Below, in pieces: positions 29,882 to 39,128 of a stretch of 56,283 nucleotides of DNA; position 1 is the stretch's first letter, and each line of letters begins with the position of its first letter. Source of the stretch: Candidatus Microgenomates bacterium (GTDB lineage: Bacteria; Patescibacteriota; Microgenomatia; Levybacterales; UBA12049); assembly GCA_025451195.1 (NCBI GenBank), contig JANWKV010000038.1, forward strand, positions 1-56,283. The letters are read 5' to 3'. The position numbers and the translations under genes were made by a program. Under the pieces are notes generated by a model, which saw nothing but the letters and a program-made list of their open reading frames with translations, did not search any database and was not told the DNA's origin.

Positions 29882-29940
29882 CAAAGTTCTTCTTATCTAA
29901 TAAAGTTTTTAATCAATTTACTCTTACGTTGAATTAAACC

Positions 29941-30471
29941 CTACTTTAGCATCGAAGAATAATCTGTAAACTTCTTACCCGCCGGAAGAGTAAATACGGA
30001 ATCGTTTACAGCTTGCGGTTTGCAATATTGTTTATATTTTTCAATAATGCCTATAACTTCCTGCTCCATTTGAGCAATACTATTTTGTGAGGAAATCTCA
30101 GAAGGTTCGTTTACCATCGCTGAAAAAACATTATTCCAGAAATAAATTTTTTTATCCTTTAATAAAATACTCCCTGTATCTATTATTGTCTTGCCTTTTA
30201 TATTGGCGCGAAGCGTTCCGTTTTTAATAAAAGCCGTAATTTGCCGTCCTGAGTCATCGGTTAAATCACAGGCAAGATTTGATTTTGTTGCTAATATTTC
30301 ATTGACCGTATCAAAACTTCCGCTGTTTGTTGCAACATTTTGCTGTGAATTTGAACTTATCTGAGAAACAGGTTTTGCCAAATTGTAATCAACAAAAAAC
30401 ATGTTCTTTCCCGCAACTGCGGCAATTATTAAAAGGACAAATCCAAAACAAATTAGAATCTTTCTCTCCAT
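29941..30471 (-). CDS. Membrane-anchored hypothetical protein
   Basis: N-terminal TM, two Cys, C-terminal DSVFTLP..KF motif. Confidence 0.7.
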   Translation of the reverse strand: MERKILICFGFVLLIIAAVAGKNMFFVDYNLAKPVSQISSNSQQNVATNSGSFDTVNEILATKSNLACDLTDDSGRQITAFIKNGTLRANIKGKTIIDTGSILLKDKKIYFWNNVFSAMVNEPSEISSQNSIAQMEQEVIGIIEKYKQYCKPQAVNDSVFTLPAGKKFTDYSSMLK

Positions 30472-30573
30472 TCATTAATAATACCAATAAAAGTATAAAT
30501 GTAAACAATTTTTAGTTTTTGTCTGTGACGCAAAAACTTGCAATCTTAAAAATAATATTGCTACACTGGTTAT

Positions 30574-31131
30574 GTGGCAAAAGAATTCGTAACCCAAATT
30601 CCCGAACCTCCTATTTCCCGCTTTTTATTTGCAGATACCCGCTTGGCAATTGTTTATTTACTAATAAGAATCTACGTTGGCTGGGAATGGCTAACAGCAG
30701 GCTACGAAAAAGTTACAAACCCAATGTGGGTTGGACCAAAGGCCGGAGTCGCACTCAATGGCTTCTTAATTGGGGCTGTTAAAAAAGCAACCGGCGCGCA
30801 CCCCGATGTTTCCGGCTGGTATGGAGCCTTTGTGAGCGGATTTGCCCTGCATCATACGGTTTTATTTTCATATGCTGTTTCTTTTGGAGAATTTTTTGTC
30901 GGGATAGGTTTAATTTTGGGAATTTTTACAGGAATCGCTGCTTTTTTTGGCGCATTTATGAATATGAATTATCTTTTTGCCGGCACAATAAGTATAAATC
31001 CATTTTTATTTTTAATTGAACTTTTTATAATACTTGCATGGCGCGTAGCAGGCTGGATTGGACTGGACAGATTTATTCTTCCTCTTCTTGGCACACCCTG
31101 GCAACCGGGAAAACTCTTCAAAAAGAACTAA
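30574..31131 (+). CDS. DoxX / thiosulfate:quinone oxidoreductase small subunit (DoxD)-like membrane protein
   Basis: RIYVGWEWLTAGYEK...GEFFVGIGLILGIFT..AAFFGAFMNMNYL.AG...GLDR. Confidence 0.85.
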   Translation: MAKEFVTQIPEPPISRFLFADTRLAIVYLLIRIYVGWEWLTAGYEKVTNPMWVGPKAGVALNGFLIGAVKKATGAHPDVSGWYGAFVSGFALHHTVLFSYAVSFGEFFVGIGLILGIFTGIAAFFGAFMNMNYLFAGTISINPFLFLIELFIILAWRVAGWIGLDRFILPLLGTPWQPGKLFKKN

Positions 31132-31211
31132 CAACCGACCATTATTTATTTTGGAACACTGAATAATTGAACCTACTCCCTAACCTTTTATCCTATACCT
31201 TGTACCCTAAT

Positions 31212-32729
31212 TTATGCGTATCCCGGAAAGAAATCTTTTTTAATTTGCCCGCTTTTAATCCCCAAATTTTTTAAAGTGTTTTCAAATGCACTAACCATTG
31301 CGTGCGGGCCGGAAAGATAATATGTTCTCTCCTGATACTCCGGAACGTCTTCTTCTACCATTTTCGCGTCAATTCTTCCAACCTTTCCCTTCCACCCCTG
31401 AGGAATATTAATTTCATCGGTTAGTGTGCAAATATTTTTAATTCCCAACTCGTTTTGCGCCTCGGACAAAACATCTCCATAAACAATATCCTGATTGTTT
31501 TTATTGGAGTATAACACAACAATATCCCGTTTTTCTTTTTTATCAATCAGGTATTTAAGAATACTTCTGAAAGGCGTTATGCCAATTCCTCCTGCCATAA
31601 AAACAAGTTTTTTGTTTCTGTCTTTAGGTAGCGTAAAATCCCCGGCCAAACTCCCTGCGACAATAGGTATATTTTGACTCATTGAAATTAATGCTTTTTT
31701 GTAACTGCTTCCGTTTTTATAAAATTTTATACCAAGCCTTATTGTATCTTCGGTTGGAGAAGAAGATAGTGTAAAATAACGCCTGTTTCCTCTTGAATCT
31801 GTATTTTTATGGGGAAATGTCCACTCCATGTACTGTCCGGGTGTAAATGCCAATTTTTGGTTTGATTTAAAAATAAAATCAAAAGTATCAGGACTTAACT
31901 GCAACTTTTCAATAAGCGTTAAAATGAGTTTTTGTTTCGGACTTACCAAATATGAAAATATATTCCCCGTAACTAAAGCCAACTCCGGAGTAAAATAAAT
32001 GTTTGCGATATGAACTTCCGGTGCAAATAAAAAACCTACAAACATGCCGTATAAAATTCTTAAGGCTTTTGTAGGCGGAGTTGTTAGCGGCTCGGTTAAC
32101 ATAACTGTTGAGAAAAAAAACAAAGGCGAATGGAAAACCGCTTCGTTTAAAATTGAAAAAAGATCTTTGCCGGCAAAAAGAGTTGTGCCGATTATTATTG
32201 AAAGAGTTGTTAAAATAAAACTAATCACCAAATCCTCTCTTTCAATTTTCCTAACGATTAAATATCCGCCTATTAAAATAACCGGTAACATTTGCAAATC
32301 TCCCATCCACCAACTGGCGCTGCTGTTTAAACCAAATGATGTTAATACAACCGCGATGGCAACCGGATTAAAAATATGTTTTTTTCCAATTGCCAAAATA
32401 TATTTTGATGCCATAGCTATTACTCCTGTCCAACCTAAAAACGGCAGGTCATGAAAAGAATGGATTGGGGAAATAATGCAGGCCAAAATTAAAGCGGTAA
32501 TGTATGCGGATTCTATATTTACAGGTGCTCCAAAAACCCTTGCGAAAATTTCGTTTGTTATTAAACAAACAGCTGTCAAAAATAATGCCGAAAGTATAAT
32601 AGAAACCGGATTAAAATGGATTATTCCTAAAGCCCCAAAAATTGCGGCAACCGAAAGATATACAATCAGCTCGTATAAAACGAGCCTGTACATTGTGATT
32701 TTATCCAAAAAATTATCTATTATATTCAT
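31212..32729 (-). CDS. RnfD/NqrB-like membrane domain fused to a ferredoxin-NADP reductase-like FAD/NAD domain
   Basis: HIFNP and MLTEPLTTP (RnfD-like), then PGQY, RYFTLSS, AGGIGITPF, LSGP..MV (FNR). Confidence 0.85.
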   Translation of the reverse strand: MNIIDNFLDKITMYRLVLYELIVYLSVAAIFGALGIIHFNPVSIILSALFLTAVCLITNEIFARVFGAPVNIESAYITALILACIISPIHSFHDLPFLGWTGVIAMASKYILAIGKKHIFNPVAIAVVLTSFGLNSSASWWMGDLQMLPVILIGGYLIVRKIEREDLVISFILTTLSIIIGTTLFAGKDLFSILNEAVFHSPLFFFSTVMLTEPLTTPPTKALRILYGMFVGFLFAPEVHIANIYFTPELALVTGNIFSYLVSPKQKLILTLIEKLQLSPDTFDFIFKSNQKLAFTPGQYMEWTFPHKNTDSRGNRRYFTLSSSPTEDTIRLGIKFYKNGSSYKKALISMSQNIPIVAGSLAGDFTLPKDRNKKLVFMAGGIGITPFRSILKYLIDKKEKRDIVVLYSNKNNQDIVYGDVLSEAQNELGIKNICTLTDEINIPQGWKGKVGRIDAKMVEEDVPEYQERTYYLSGPHAMVSAFENTLKNLGIKSGQIKKDFFPGYA

Positions 32730-32738
32730 AATTTTTTT

Positions 32739-32765
32739 TATTGTTCGAACGAAGTGAAAACTATT
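32739..32765. repeat. REP-like half element
   Basis: TATTGTTCGAACGAAGTGAAAACTATT matches both arms of the element at 38073-38130. Confidence 0.65.
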
Positions 32766-32767
32766 TT

Positions 32768-33505
32768 TTACTTATTGAACCTTTCAAATCCGCTTGTAAA
32801 AGTTGCGACTCCCTTACTGTTTATCATATATCCTTCCAGATTTTTTTGCTTTTCCAAAAACGTAATTCCTTTATTACCCATTACAAAAGCTGCTGTCGCA
32901 AACCTGTCCGCATTCAAAATATTTGAACTGACAACTGTAATGCTTACAATTTCCTTTTGTATGGTTTTTGAGTGAGGATTGTAAATATGTTCTCCCCTTT
33001 CGTATTCTCCCGAAGTCGCAACACCCCCGTCTGTAAGAAAAATCACTTTAATAACTTCTTTTTTATTAAAAGGATTCCGTATTCCTACTCTCCATTTTTC
33101 CCCTTTTTGATTTTTTCCAAAAACCTGAATATCTCCACCCGCTTCTATATAAAAATTTTTATACCCTTTTTCTTTTAATTTCTCTGAGGCATTTTTTATT
33201 GACCAACCCTTAACAATCCCCGACGGATCAAATTTACCATTATGATACGGGTCAAAATATCCTTGGGTTTCTTTCTTTGTTTTATCACACATATCAAGGA
33301 TTTGCCTCATCTCAGGACTAACCTCAGTAATAGAAACCATATGGTTATTTATTCTCGAGACCTCGCTGTTTTTTTTAAAAGGACTGAATTTTTTATCTAC
33401 CCTGAAAAAATAATCAAAGATTTCCGTTAGATCATCCGGGGTGGCATTCCGATCCACTATTTCAATTGTTATGGGCATTCCCATTATGATTTTTGTTTGC
33501 TTCAT
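32768..33505 (-). CDS. apbE: FAD:protein FMN transferase
   Basis: MGMPI, DPSGIVKGW, EAGGDI, W.VGIRNP, VATSG.YERG.HI.NP, ADRFATA. Confidence 0.92.
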   Translation of the reverse strand: MKQTKIIMGMPITIEIVDRNATPDDLTEIFDYFFRVDKKFSPFKKNSEVSRINNHMVSITEVSPEMRQILDMCDKTKKETQGYFDPYHNGKFDPSGIVKGWSIKNASEKLKEKGYKNFYIEAGGDIQVFGKNQKGEKWRVGIRNPFNKKEVIKVIFLTDGGVATSGEYERGEHIYNPHSKTIQKEIVSITVVSSNILNADRFATAAFVMGNKGITFLEKQKNLEGYMINSKGVATFTSGFERFNK

Positions 33506-33518
33506 GGAGAAATATATA

Positions 33519-34031
33519 TTATGATTTTGCTTTATCTAAAGCCGATTGAAGAGACTGTCTAAATGCCAAACTTGATTGAGTTGCACCGCTTACAATATCT
33601 ACTTGTGCTTTTTGCGCCTGTATTGCTTCCTGCTTAAGATAAGGCATTGCCTGTGAATTAATTTCTACAGATGTCCCCCGATCGCTTGGGTATTGAAGGA
33701 ATTGAACCTCGGAGATTTTTCCGCCGCTGATTTGGATTTGGACTTGAATATTTCCGTAAAACGCGTCCGCAGCGCTACCTGTATATGTACCGTTTTTATA
33801 CATTCCGCTTTGAACAGGCGTAGCTGTTGGAATTTCTGTCGGAATATCTGTCGGCGGGACTCCTCCCGCGCTTTGTGCACTCTGTGCAGGCGTGTCTGTT
33901 GCAACAGGTGTCGGGCTGGATGACAAATTTTGAGAAGCAACAACTTTTACACTCGCCTCTTCATTTTTTTGATGAATAGCATAAACTACAAATGCGGCAA
34001 TTGTAAAAACCGAAAGTAAAATTTTCTTCAT
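33519..34031 (-). CDS. Membrane-anchored FMN-binding (flavinylated) protein
   Basis: YKNGTYTG...YGNIQVQI...VDIVSGATQSS flavinylation motif; adjacent to apbE. Confidence 0.92.
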   Translation of the reverse strand: MKKILLSVFTIAAFVVYAIHQKNEEASVKVVASQNLSSSPTPVATDTPAQSAQSAGGVPPTDIPTEIPTATPVQSGMYKNGTYTGSAADAFYGNIQVQIQISGGKISEVQFLQYPSDRGTSVEINSQAMPYLKQEAIQAQKAQVDIVSGATQSSLAFRQSLQSALDKAKS

Positions 34032-34130
34032 TGTTTAATTATCAATATTTATCTTAATATTTTCTGAGAGATTCTTGGTGTTTGCGTTATATACTATTAT
34101 AGCTTATACACTTCTAATTCAAACCTATAT

Positions 34131-34190
34131 ATAGTTTATAATACTCGATTACTTGATTCTATCTTTGCAAAATCAAGGATGAGTGGTATA
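34131..34190 (+). repeat. Conserved intergenic hairpin element, copy 2
   Basis: ATAGTTTATAATACTCGATTACTTGATT...TTTGCAAAATCAAGGATGAGTGGTATA aligns with 11354-11423. Confidence 0.7.
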
Positions 34191-34200
34191 CAATAATTTT

Positions 34201-35418
34201 ATGAAGCAAATTGTTGTCTTAGGTGGCGGCTTTGCAGGAGTTGCCGCAATACATAAGTTAGTAAACAAAAACCTATCTGATTTATCAATAACGCTTATAG
34301 ACAGAATGGATTTTCATTTATTTACCCCATCTCTTTATGAAGTCGCGACAAGTGAAGAACCGCAAAAAAATATTGCAATCCCTTTTAAAGAAATTTTTGC
34401 AGATAAGATTAATTTAGTAAAAGATACGGTTGTATCAATAGATACAAACTCTCAAAACATAAAATTAAAAGAAGCGAACGAATTAAAATACGACTATCTT
34501 ATTATTGCTCTTGGGAGTGAAGCAGCATATTTTCATATCCCGGGATTACAAGAAAATTCGGTTTCATTAAAAACTTTATCAGATGCTGTAATGATAAAAG
34601 ATAAAATTAAATCAATGTGTTGTAAAGACGGCGAAATTGACGAAAACGGCTCTTGTAAAAGAAAAGTCCAGGTTGTAATAGGAGGAGGCGGTTTTTCGGG
34701 CACAGAATTGGCAGCCGAAATGCTAACATACAAGGACCGTTTGGCCCGCCAACACAATCTTTCCAAACAATGCTTAGAAGTAACAATTATTCAAGGGTCT
34801 GATAGACTCTTAAACGAGTTGGACAAGCACGTTTCAGACATTGCAACCAAACGTATAACTAGCCCTCAGGTTAAATTTGCCTTTGGCGGACATATTTCCG
34901 AAGTTTTAAAAGACAAAGTAAAAACAGATAATAACATGGAATATCCATACGATATTCTTATCTGGACAGGAGGAGTTACACCAAACCATATCCCGGCAAA
35001 TTCAAAACTTCCTGTTGGAAAACATGGAGAATTAACTGTGAATGAATTTTTACAGGTGGAAGGTTTACAAAATGTTTTTGCAATAGGTGATGTGTCTGGA
35101 TTTATAGACCCGAAAACCCAAAAGCCAATTCCCACAGTTGCGGAAGTTGCGGAAGACCAAGGCGCGGTTGCCGGTGAAAATATTGCGAATCTTATTCAAC
35201 AAAAACCGCTTAAAAAATACAATTATGTTCATTTAGGATATGTTGTACCGATAAAAGGCAGATTTGCGGTTGCGGAATTAACGTTTGGCATACATTTTGA
35301 CGGATTTTTGGGTTTTCTTTTACAACAGCTTGTTTTCTTCCGCTATCTTTGGGGTATCCTCCCACCTTGGAAGGCAATGTCAAAATGGAATAAATTTGAG
35401 CTGGAAATGGAAAAATAA
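34201..35418 (+). CDS. Type II NADH dehydrogenase-like flavoprotein
   Basis: GGGFAG, FTPSLYEVAT, GGGFSGTELAAE, WTGG, FAIGD, A..AEDQG. Confidence 0.9.
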   Translation: MKQIVVLGGGFAGVAAIHKLVNKNLSDLSITLIDRMDFHLFTPSLYEVATSEEPQKNIAIPFKEIFADKINLVKDTVVSIDTNSQNIKLKEANELKYDYLIIALGSEAAYFHIPGLQENSVSLKTLSDAVMIKDKIKSMCCKDGEIDENGSCKRKVQVVIGGGGFSGTELAAEMLTYKDRLARQHNLSKQCLEVTIIQGSDRLLNELDKHVSDIATKRITSPQVKFAFGGHISEVLKDKVKTDNNMEYPYDILIWTGGVTPNHIPANSKLPVGKHGELTVNEFLQVEGLQNVFAIGDVSGFIDPKTQKPIPTVAEVAEDQGAVAGENIANLIQQKPLKKYNYVHLGYVVPIKGRFAVAELTFGIHFDGFLGFLLQQLVFFRYLWGILPPWKAMSKWNKFELEMEK

Positions 35419-37074
35419 CTACCAATTTTCCCTGAGGTGATCCATGGCGTAGTCAATTGTCCCCCCTACTTTTTTACGCGGATTAAAAATATCATCCGGG
35501 TCAAAAATATTTTTTACTTCTTTAAATAAATCCGTAATTTTTTTACCGTACATTTGCTCCAAATATGGTGTGCGAATAAGCCCGTCATTGTGTTCCCCTG
35601 TGTTTGATCCGTGATATTTATGGATAATCGCGTAAACTTGCTTTGAAATTTCCGGAATTGCTTTCCTGACAGATGGCAGCCTAATGTCCACCAAAGGAAT
35701 AATATGAAAATTTCCATTTCCTACGTGCCCGGCAACAGTAAACGTAAATTCCGGGTGTTTTTTTAGAATATCTGTTACCTGCGTGATTACTTCTACCATA
35801 TCATGAGGATTTATCACAAAGTCATCAATAAAAGCTGCTGTATGTTTGTCTCTGATTTTTTTTCTTAGCAAATTAAAACTTTCACGTCTTACAAGCCAAT
35901 ATTTTTGTTCTTGATCCTCTTCTGCTACTTGTGTTTCCGGGTGAAGCGGCTTTAATTTTTCCTTAAGTGTTGCAACTTTTTCTTCAACTTCCTTCAAATC
36001 ATCACTTGTGAAATCAACTTGCAAGACAAGTTTAGGAAGTTTTCTTCCGGTAAACAAATCAAAAAATGCTCTAAAGAATGCAAACCCTGCCTCTACCATT
36101 CCTTTGAAACCTAATTGCTGTGCAAATTCCGGGAAATATTTGAGCGCCAGCTTTAACGTATTGTCATCATAGCTTTCAAAACTTTCCGGCTTTAGTGGCA
36201 AAACTATGTCTATAATTTGACCCAAATGCGACAAATCATGAAGATAAATAATAAGCATATCGCGGTGTTTATGCACTGGCACTAATTCTATTTCTGCTTC
36301 AAGCATAAACCCAAGGGTACCTTGTGCACCAACCCAAAGTTTTGTCAGGTCAAAAATCTTTTTTTCTTTATCGTAAACATTCCATAAAAAGTACCCCGCA
36401 GAATTTTTTGTTACTTGCGGTTTTGCTTTCATAATTTCTTCATAATTTCCTGTAATAAGCTTATACATTTTTTTATAAACTTCCCCTTCAAAATCTTTTT
36501 GTTCCATTTTTTCTTTCAATTCTTTTTCATTTAATGGCTTCAATGTATAAGTATTACCGTCTTTCAGAACAACTTTTATTTTTTTTACAAAATTTTCTGT
36601 TTTTCCGTATTGCAAAGATTTCTCTCCACCGGAATCATTGTTAACAATCCCACCCATTGCGCAAAGTCCACGGGATGCAGGATACGATGCAAAAATTAAG
36701 TTTTTCTTAAGCGTTTCTACTTCAAAATCCCTGTAAAAAAGTCCTGGTTCTACAGTTCCAACGTTATCTGTAATTTTTGGAGCATGGTTAAAATATTTTC
36801 CAAAGGCAACAATAATTGAATCATTGATTGCCCCCCCACTCATGTCTGTACCTGCTGAGCGCCCGGTGAGTGATAAATTAGGATATTCTTTTTTGTTTTT
36901 TTCTACAAACTTTATAAGATTTTCTACATCTTTCTGATTTTTTGGAAATACAACAACTTGAGGTTTTACCTCAAAAAGGGATGTATCGTGGCTGTATAAC
37001 ATGAGGGTATCATTATCGGTCGAAATGTCGCCCTCTATATTTTTTTTAAGTTCTTCTATAAGTTTTGGATCCAT
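35419..37074 (-). CDS. FAD-linked oxidase (GlcD / D-2-hydroxyacid dehydrogenase-like)
   Basis: RSAGTDMSG, GAQGTLG, GHVGNGNFH, GEHNDG, FDPDDIFNP. Confidence 0.9.
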   Translation of the reverse strand: MDPKLIEELKKNIEGDISTDNDTLMLYSHDTSLFEVKPQVVVFPKNQKDVENLIKFVEKNKKEYPNLSLTGRSAGTDMSGGAINDSIIVAFGKYFNHAPKITDNVGTVEPGLFYRDFEVETLKKNLIFASYPASRGLCAMGGIVNNDSGGEKSLQYGKTENFVKKIKVVLKDGNTYTLKPLNEKELKEKMEQKDFEGEVYKKMYKLITGNYEEIMKAKPQVTKNSAGYFLWNVYDKEKKIFDLTKLWVGAQGTLGFMLEAEIELVPVHKHRDMLIIYLHDLSHLGQIIDIVLPLKPESFESYDDNTLKLALKYFPEFAQQLGFKGMVEAGFAFFRAFFDLFTGRKLPKLVLQVDFTSDDLKEVEEKVATLKEKLKPLHPETQVAEEDQEQKYWLVRRESFNLLRKKIRDKHTAAFIDDFVINPHDMVEVITQVTDILKKHPEFTFTVAGHVGNGNFHIIPLVDIRLPSVRKAIPEISKQVYAIIHKYHGSNTGEHNDGLIRTPYLEQMYGKKITDLFKEVKNIFDPDDIFNPRKKVGGTIDYAMDHLRENW

Positions 37075-38060
37075 TATTTTCTCCCCATCACTTTTCTAAC
37101 TGCTTTTTTTATTGCTCCACTTCCCATGTTATACTTTTCAATCAGTTCTGTCCATTTACCGGATTCTGCAAAAGTATTTTGAAGTCCGATAAATTCCATT
37201 GGCAGAGGATTGTTTTTTGCCAGAATTTCGGCAATTGTCCCGCCTAATCCTCCCATTACCTGATGATCCTCAACTGTTACTACTGCTTTTGTTTTTGAGG
37301 CTAAATCAACTGTAAGCTTTTCATCAAGAGGTTTAATTGTTGGAACATTTACTACCAAAGTTTGAATTTCTGACTCCAACTCTTTTGCCGCTAAAAGTGC
37401 ATAGTAAAGCATGTATCCTGTTGCAAAAATTGTAACCTCAGGATTTTCTGATGTCCAAAAAACTTGCGGGTAGCCTAAATCAAATGGAGTCTCTTCTGTT
37501 GTGATAATTGGAGTTTTATCGCGTGTGAACCTTAAATACATTGGCCCAATATTATTTCCCGCGTATACTGTTATTTTTTTGGCTTCAATTGAATCACAAG
37601 GCACAAATACCTGAATATTTGGCCAACAACGCGTAATTGCAATGTCTTCTGTTGCCTGATGCGTTGCGCCGTCCGGGCCGGTCATTATACCGGAATGGTG
37701 GCCGGCAACTTTTACATTTGCGTTATTGTAAACAATAGTTGTCCTAATTGTTTCCCAATTTTTTCCTGGGCTAAAGGTTGCGTACGACGAGATAAATGGA
37801 ATTTTTCCACTTACCGCCATTCCCGCCGCAATTGCCGACATGTTTTGCTCGGCAACTCCAACATCAAAAAATCTTTCAGGATATTTTTTTTCAAATCCAT
37901 CACACTTTGTTGATTCGGACAAATCTGCGGTAAATACAACAACATTTGGGTTTGTATCTCCAAGCTTAACCAATCCATCACCATACCCGCTTCTTGTTGG
38001 CTTTACCTCAACATCTTGGTCAAATAATTTTGGGTTAAGTTTTAAATTAGGATTAAGCAT
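37074..38060 (-). CDS. Transketolase C-terminal subunit
   Basis: TADLSEST, GVAEQNM, GPDGATHQ, VEDHQ. Confidence 0.95.
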   Translation of the reverse strand: MLNPNLKLNPKLFDQDVEVKPTRSGYGDGLVKLGDTNPNVVVFTADLSESTKCDGFEKKYPERFFDVGVAEQNMSAIAAGMAVSGKIPFISSYATFSPGKNWETIRTTIVYNNANVKVAGHHSGIMTGPDGATHQATEDIAITRCWPNIQVFVPCDSIEAKKITVYAGNNIGPMYLRFTRDKTPIITTEETPFDLGYPQVFWTSENPEVTIFATGYMLYYALLAAKELESEIQTLVVNVPTIKPLDEKLTVDLASKTKAVVTVEDHQVMGGLGGTIAEILAKNNPLPMEFIGLQNTFAESGKWTELIEKYNMGSGAIKKAVRKVMGRK

Positions 38061-38072
38061 AATTTATTTTTT

Positions 38073-38130
38073 TCTTCGAACGAAGTGAGAAGTTTTGATT
38101 TTGAATAGTTCTCACTCTGCTCAAACAATA
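38073..38130. repeat. REP-like inverted element between the transketolase genes
   Basis: TTCGAACGAAGTGAGAA ... TTCTCACTCTGCTCAAA imperfect inverted pair. Confidence 0.7.
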
Positions 38131-38131
38131 T

Positions 38132-38998
38132 TTATAGTGAATTTAATCTATCTTCTATTTTCTTCAAATCTTCCAGTGCAACTTTACCCTGCTCCCCTTT
38201 TGGCGGAGCACCAGGAATATCTGCTACATCCGGCGGATTTCCATGCCAACGGTAATTATTCTCCATAAAGCTTACACCTTTCCCAGGAACTGTTTTTGCA
38301 ATAACTATCACAGGTTTATCCTGCACCTGTTTTGCAAGGTCAATTACTTCAAGAAATGCTTTGATGTCGTTTCCGTCAACTTCCAAAACATGCCAATTAA
38401 ACGATTCGTATTTTGCTTTAAACGGTTCAAGAGGCATAACATTTGAAACGTCTCCATCAATCTGGATATTGTTGTAATCAATAACTTGAATTAAGCGGTT
38501 TAATTTATACTTACCCGCTGCCATTGCGGCTTCCCACGTGTTCCCCTCCTGATGTTCTCCATCCGATGTTACACAATATATATAGTATTCTTTTTTATCC
38601 ATGCGGCAGGCAAGTGCCATTCCAATAGCTTGCGACAGTCCCTCACCAAGCGGCCCGGATGTATTCTCAATTCCGGGAAGAGCGCCACGATGAGGGTGTC
38701 CCTGAAGACGTGAATTAATTTTCCTGAGTGTCTTCAGCTCGTCAAGAGGAAAATAACCGTTTAAAGCCATTGTGCAATATTGCACAGGACAAATATGTCC
38801 ATTTGATAAAACCAAACGGTCTCTTTCTTCCATTGAGGGATTTTTTGGGTCATGGCGCAAAATTTTAAAATAAAAAGCAGTAAAAATATCCGCCATCCCC
38901 AATGGCCCGGCACTATGCCCGGACTTTGCCTCAACTAAGGTTTCTATAATCAATTGACGGACATGGTTTGCCTTTTTTTTTAAATCTAGAATTTCCAT
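38132..38998 (-). CDS. Transketolase N-terminal subunit
   Basis: SGH, LSNGH, LQGHP, SDGEHQEG..WE, GKGVSFME..WHG. Confidence 0.95.
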   Translation of the reverse strand: MEILDLKKKANHVRQLIIETLVEAKSGHSAGPLGMADIFTAFYFKILRHDPKNPSMEERDRLVLSNGHICPVQYCTMALNGYFPLDELKTLRKINSRLQGHPHRGALPGIENTSGPLGEGLSQAIGMALACRMDKKEYYIYCVTSDGEHQEGNTWEAAMAAGKYKLNRLIQVIDYNNIQIDGDVSNVMPLEPFKAKYESFNWHVLEVDGNDIKAFLEVIDLAKQVQDKPVIVIAKTVPGKGVSFMENNYRWHGNPPDVADIPGAPPKGEQGKVALEDLKKIEDRLNSL

Positions 38999-39128
38999 AT
39001 TTTTATTATAAGCGAAAAGGAATAAATTTTTCGCATTGAGAGATAGCGCCTAAAAGTTTATTATTAACTTGCGTTATCCGCTCGAGCGAAAAAGAAAAAT
39101 TTGATTCCGACTTAAGCGTCACTTAATC

